From the NCBI GenBank assembly GCA_052327205.1, contig CM126211.1, positions 157,604,001-157,668,000 of the forward strand: a stretch of 64,000 bases of DNA, in the 5' to 3' direction. The translations under genes and the position numbers were made by a program. The DNA comes from Somniosus microcephalus. Taxonomy: Eukaryota. The notes below the pieces were generated by a model. It was not told the origin of the DNA, made no database searches, and saw only the letters and a program-made list of their open reading frames with translations. Position 1 is the first letter of the stretch. Each line of letters begins with the position of its first letter. Of the stretch, positions 58,778 through 64,000 are shown one piece after another.

Positions 58778-59082
58778 GCCCCCTCTGAGGGAATGGCTTG
58801 TGCCATTGAAAGAACATGAATGGAATGGTTCCGCAAACCCTGAGCCGGTTAAGGCAGCAAATAGTTCAAAGAGCAATCATGCACAATCTGAATAAAGACA
58901 ATTCTTTATTTAACAAACTGTGTGCCCTTCCCGCATGACAAAGTAATACAGAGAAACCCCCAAAAAAGCAGTCAAGACACATAACTGGCTCTCACAACCT
59001 GGAGACAATGAACAAAAGAGTTAACAAAAAATGACCACGATCCTCGGCCTTCACTAAAAAAATTTACAGCATTTTGCCACAC

Positions 59083-60858
59083 CTACTTTTTGGTCTTCGA
59101 GGGTGATCTGCTTTGCTTGCGAGATTGGCCCCTTCCCACCCTGCAGCTCCTCCGCAATGGGACCCCAGTGGCTGCAGCAAGGCTGGGGGAAGGCTGCTGA
59201 GTGTCAGAAACTGAGTCGGCAGATGCCCTTGGGGGACGGCCTGGACCAGCTCTGGGCCTGGAGGGCCCGGCTGCTGACTGCTCCAACTCTGCATGGGCGG
59301 CAGCAGTCTGTCCTACGGGTGGTGGCAGCTGCAGTGGAGGAGTGACAGTGTTGGCAGCAGGAATGCTGCCATCCTGACAGGACAGGCACTCCCTGGTCGG
59401 ATGACACACTGGCACTCCCACGGGGCAGCACTGCAGCATGCGGAGCAATCTGCTGAAGTACAGACTGCTGGCCTTCTGCGGCGCGGCGAGGGCCCCGGCG
59501 ATTCATGCCCGATGCAGCGAGGGTGGCAGCAGTCAGTGCTCGTGTGGCCTCAATCTGTGTCTGCATCAGACCAGCCACTGACTGCATGGCACCACTAAGC
59601 ACTTGCGTGGAAGCCGCCTGTGCTGCACCGAAGTCCTGCAGACTCCTTGCCAGTGCTGCACCGAAGTCCTGGACACTGCTTGCCAGTGACTCAATGGAGT
59701 CGGGCATCCTTGCCACTGCAGCCGTGAGCTCAGTGTGCCTCTGCTCTGCCTGGGCACCCATTTCAGCGAGGAGCCGCACCTCTTCGGCGCTCACTGTAGC
59801 AGGACTGGAGGCCAGACTTTCCCTCATGGGAGAAGGCCGCCGAGCTTCCCTAACCCCCTCGCGTCGCTGCAGCCCGCTGGGCCCCGGAGCTTCACCCTCC
59901 TCAGACCCTTCCCCCCTGCTCCCCTCCAGGGAAGACGTGTCCCCATTATGGCCATGGGCTGCCTCGGCTGAGGGTGCCACTGATGGTCCGGCTTCCTCTT
60001 CCTCCTCACCTTCAGAATCACTCACAGTGGCAGCTTGAGGGCCCGCCTCCTCACCTGGTGATTCACCATCTGAAGGCAGGGAGGTACAAGAGTTGCTTTA
60101 GCGTGAGGACAGGGCGGCAGCGAGGGAGGCATGAGTGCTGCAATGCACTGTATTGGTTCGATAGTGGCAAAGGATGCTGGTGTGAGGCACAAGTGGAAGG
60201 AGAGAGGTGAAAAGGTGATGACCTTACCATTGCTGTCCAGAACGGGGTTGGCATCTCCAGTGGCGACAGGGCCAATCATCCGGCCTGCCATAATGCGCTG
60301 GACTCGCTGCTCCAGATCGCTGAGGTCTTTAAGGTGAGGCCGGCCTCCCCCGGTCCGTTGCTGCTGCCTCCTATTGTGGGCCAGCTTGCCCTGCAAGAGA
60401 AAGGACGGGCTCTGAGTACAGTGTGAAGCCCTGATCTTGGCTGCACTGCCTCCAATGGTCGAATAACCCTTACAGTGTGTAAAGTGGTGAATGTGCATGT
60501 GAGTTTCATGAAAGCCCCATAGGTGTTGGATGAGGGCTGGCCATTGGGGCTTTAAGGACCCTTTGGCCATAAAGTGAGGTGGACATGCAGGGATGAAGAG
60601 GATACTGAAAAGGGTACTCACCCTGACAACCCGAGTGAGGTCGTTGAACTTCTTCCTGCATTGCACAGGGGTCCTAGGTACCATGCTGCTGGAGGTCACT
60701 CTGTGAGCCACCTTCTTCCAAGCTTTGTGGTAGTCGGTGGGCAGCGGCCTCCTGCCACTGTCCGGAAACAGGATAGATCGCCTGCGCTCCACCGCGCCAA
60801 CCAGAACCTGCAGGGCCCCCTCACTGAACCGCTGCGCTCGCTCCCTGGCCCTCTCCAT
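59083..60858 (-). pseudogene. Duplicate copy of the Myb/SANT-like accessory gene
   Basis: Same as 30639-32414. Confidence 0.85.
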
Positions 60859-61788
60859 GGTCCTAGGCGTTAGAATGTGGCAGCGGGTCTGTCCAGGCCG
60901 AGAATCAGGGCTCCGATGCGCAGGGCGTGGCTGCAATCCAAATCGACCCTCCCCCTTTAAGAGCTGACCGGCGCCAGCGTGTCTGCCTGCAATCGCTAAC
61001 TGGCCACACCTGTGCTGCGCCCGCCCTCGGTGGTAGCGCCTCGCTTCTCCGGCTTAGCGCCTTAGGACAGTCGTGCAGCACCTGCTTTAGCGCTCCAAGC
61101 ACCTCTTGGGGCGAAGCAGGTCAATTTAGCTGAAGGTGGCGATAATTTGCGCCGGGCGCTAAATTTCGCGCCCGCTCAAATATAACGCCCCAAACGTGGC
61201 GACACTGATTTTCTAGACCAATATCTTCAAGTTTTCACAAGTAAGGATTTTTGTGTTTGACTCGGTTCAACTCTGATTACGCTCCTGTGAAACACTTTGG
61301 AAAGTTTGCTTGCATTCGGCGCTTTAAATGCGAGTTGTTGTTGAATAGCCCACATGTGTTTTTCTTGTTCACAGAAGAAGTTTTACATTCTTTGTTCAAT
61401 GATCAAGAATGTAAAATAGGTTTATCACTTTGATAGTCTTGAAAGATGGCCTTGAGTCAGCTTGAATGATATAGCGTAGTATTTTCCTCCATTCCTTAAC
61501 TTTAGCCAAAGAGGTCCCTGCTTATACTTGAAACATTTTTTCCACTAATTAGCAAACAGTTGAAAATACAACCTATAAATAGTAATTAAATAAGAACAAG
61601 ATTCAGACAACTGTATTCCAGGCATCATAGACATAGGACTATTTTTGTAATTTGTTGTTGTTCCCTTTCTCTTTTCTTTGTGTTTCCCTGCAATAGGCAC
61701 CTTCCATGATCAAAAGAATGGGTCTCCACAAAAATTGCTCCACATTTGCCTGTTAGGACTGCAAGTTGGCTAGAACAGCTGACTATTT

Positions 61789-64000
61789 GGTTACAGGGAA
61801 AATCACTCCCATTTCCCAACAGCAGACCCACATTAATGTTAGTGACTCTTAATTGCCCTCTGAAATGGCCTAGCAAGTCACTGTTGTATTAATCCCCTTT
61901 AAAAAAAGTATAAGAATAAAACCGATGGACCACCTGGTATCAACTTAGGCATTAGATTCGGACACGACAAAGGCGCATCCAGCCCAGCTGACCCTGCAAA
62001 GGAGGCACATCCTCACTAACATCTGGGGACTTGTGTCAAAATTGGGAGAACTGTCCCACAGACCAGTCAAGCAGTAACCTGACATACTCACAGAATCATA
62101 CGTATCAGCCAACGTCCCAGAGTCCTCCATCACCATCCTAGCAGGACAGACCCATCAGAATGTGACGGCACAGTGGTATGTAGTCTGGAGGGAGTGGCCC
62201 TGGGAGTCCTCAACTTTGATTCCAGATCCCATGAAATCTCATGGCATCAGGTCAAACATGGGCAAGGAAACCGCCTGTTGATTACCACCTACTACCCTCC
62301 CTCAGGTGATGAATCAGCAGACCTCCATGTTGAACACTGAAGGGAGCAAGGGCACAGAATGTACTCGGGATGAGGGATTTCAATGTCAATCACCAAGAGT
62401 GGCTCGGTAGTGCCATTACTGACTGAATTGGCTGAGTCCTGAAGGATATAACTGCCAGACTTTACTTGCGGTAAGTGATGAGAGACCAACACAAAGGAAA
62501 AACCTACCTGACCTTGTCCTACCTGTCGCACATGCAACTACTTAAGAACATAAGAAATAGGAGCAGGAGTAGGCCATTTGGCACTTCGCGTCTGCTCCGC
62601 CATTCAATAAGATCATGGCTGATCTTCTTCCTCATCTCCACTTCCCCATATCCCTTGATTCCCTTAATATCCAAAAATTTATCGATCTCTGTCTGAACCT
62701 CCACAGCCCTCTGGGGTAGAGAATTCTAAAAATTCACCATCCTCTGAGTGAAGAAATTTCTCCTCATCTCAGTCCTAAATGGCCGACCCCTTATTCTGAG
62801 ACTGTCACCACTGGTTGAGACTCCCCAGCCAGGGGAAACATCCTCCCTGCATCTACCCTATCAAGCCCTGTAAGAATTTTGTATGTTTCAATAAGATCAC
62901 CTCTCATTCTTCTAAACTCGAGAGAGTATAGGCCTAATCTACTCAATCTGTCTGTCATCACCCCTTTCCTCAAAAAGCAACCCTTGACCCCCCTATGTCC
63001 TTGCAAACTATCGCCCCATTTCCAACCTCCCCTTCCTCTCCAAAGTTCTTGAACATGTCGTCCCTGAAATCCGTGCCCATCTTTCCCAGAGCTTCTTGTT
63101 TGATCCCTCCAATCAGACTTCCGCCCCTGCTACAGTACCAAAACTACTCTTACCAAGATCACAAATGACATCCTAATTGACTGCGACAAAGGTAATCTAT
63201 CTCTTCTTGTACTTCTGGACCTGACTGCAGCCTTTGACACGGTTGACCACAAAATTCTGCTCCCATGCCTCTCCAGTGTTGTCGGGCTGGATGGGACTGC
63301 AGCTGAACGACGGATCACCTTTAGACTTGACTATGCCAATGCACTCCTGGCTGACCACACCAGTTCTACCCTCCATAAACTTGAGGTCATCCAAAACTCT
63401 GCCGCTCATGTGCTAACCCACACCAAGTCCCACTCACCCATCTCCCTTGTACTTGCTGACCTACATTGGCTCCCAGTTAAGCAACGCCTTGATTTTAAAA
63501 TTCTCATCCTTGTGATTTTTTTAAGTTTCTTAATTTTAATTTTAATTAAAATGGATAGACTTGACTGCACAAAATTAATAGTTTTTCAGGGCCATAACCA
63601 TTATTTAGCAGTCAATACGCTGTTAATTCTCCAGATACACCTAATCCCTTTGGGTCTAACTTTTAGTGGGGAATTTAACAGCGTAATTACTGTGGAGCTC
63701 AGCAAAAAGGACCAAGAGACTGATTGAGGGGGAAAAATAGAGTATGAGAGTAAACTGGCTAGGAACATAAAAGCGGACTGTAAAAGCTTCTACAAGTATG
63801 TAAAAAGAAAAAAGAGTACTGAAGACAAATGTAGGTCATAGAAACATAGAAGATAGGAGCAGGAGTAGGCCATTCGGCCCCTCGAGCCTGCTCCGCCATT
63901 CAATGCGATCATGGCTGATCATCCAAATTCAGTACCCTGTCCCTGCTTTCTCCCCATACCCCTTGATCCCCTTAGCCTTAAGAAATATACCTAACTCCTT
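61789..64000. mobile_element. Duplicate copy of the LINE 5' fragment, CR1 and L2 fragments and the CR1 tail
   Basis: Same as 33345-35556. Confidence 0.85.

Larger units (their letters stand above)
57177..61219. mobile_element. Duplicate copy of Harbinger transposon 2
   Basis: Same as 28733-32775. Confidence 0.92.
42594..64000 (+). repeat. Near-identical 21.4-kb direct duplicate of 14149-35556 (offset 28445, then 28444)
   Basis: The ORF tracks are identical at a fixed offset. Differences noticed: 25707T/54152C, C13 versus C12 at 26022/54467, 31601A/60045G and 32525A/60969C. Confidence 0.98.

Overview
This is vertebrate genomic DNA, most likely from a shark or other cartilaginous fish, inferred from its CR1, Deu-core SINE and Penelope repeat content. 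The only host gene is the 3' end of CCDC138 on the + strand: three coding exons at 3502-3678, 24347-24485 and 25232-25412. Its 20.7-kb intron and downstream flank are filled with transposable elements: a young full-length Gypsy LTR element, several PIF/Harbinger elements and MITEs, a pogo/Tigger-like MITE, CR1, L2 and Rex1 LINEs, a Penelope element and tRNA-derived SINEs. After a 500-N gap (42094-42593), 42594-64000 repeats 14149-35556 almost base for base; this is probably an assembly or haplotype false duplication. The most notable observations are: a minimal hammerhead ribozyme at the Penelope 3' end; a full-length CR1 containing a Rex1 3' end plus an inverted copy of its own target-site flank; a complete two-gene Harbinger with a matching MITE, non-TWA target duplications and an AT-hook-like accessory-protein tail; a SINE built from a LINE's 5' region and 3' tail; and a hairpin array at the window start. 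I found no wholly new gene system. All identifications are by eye and recall of family motifs, not database searches.
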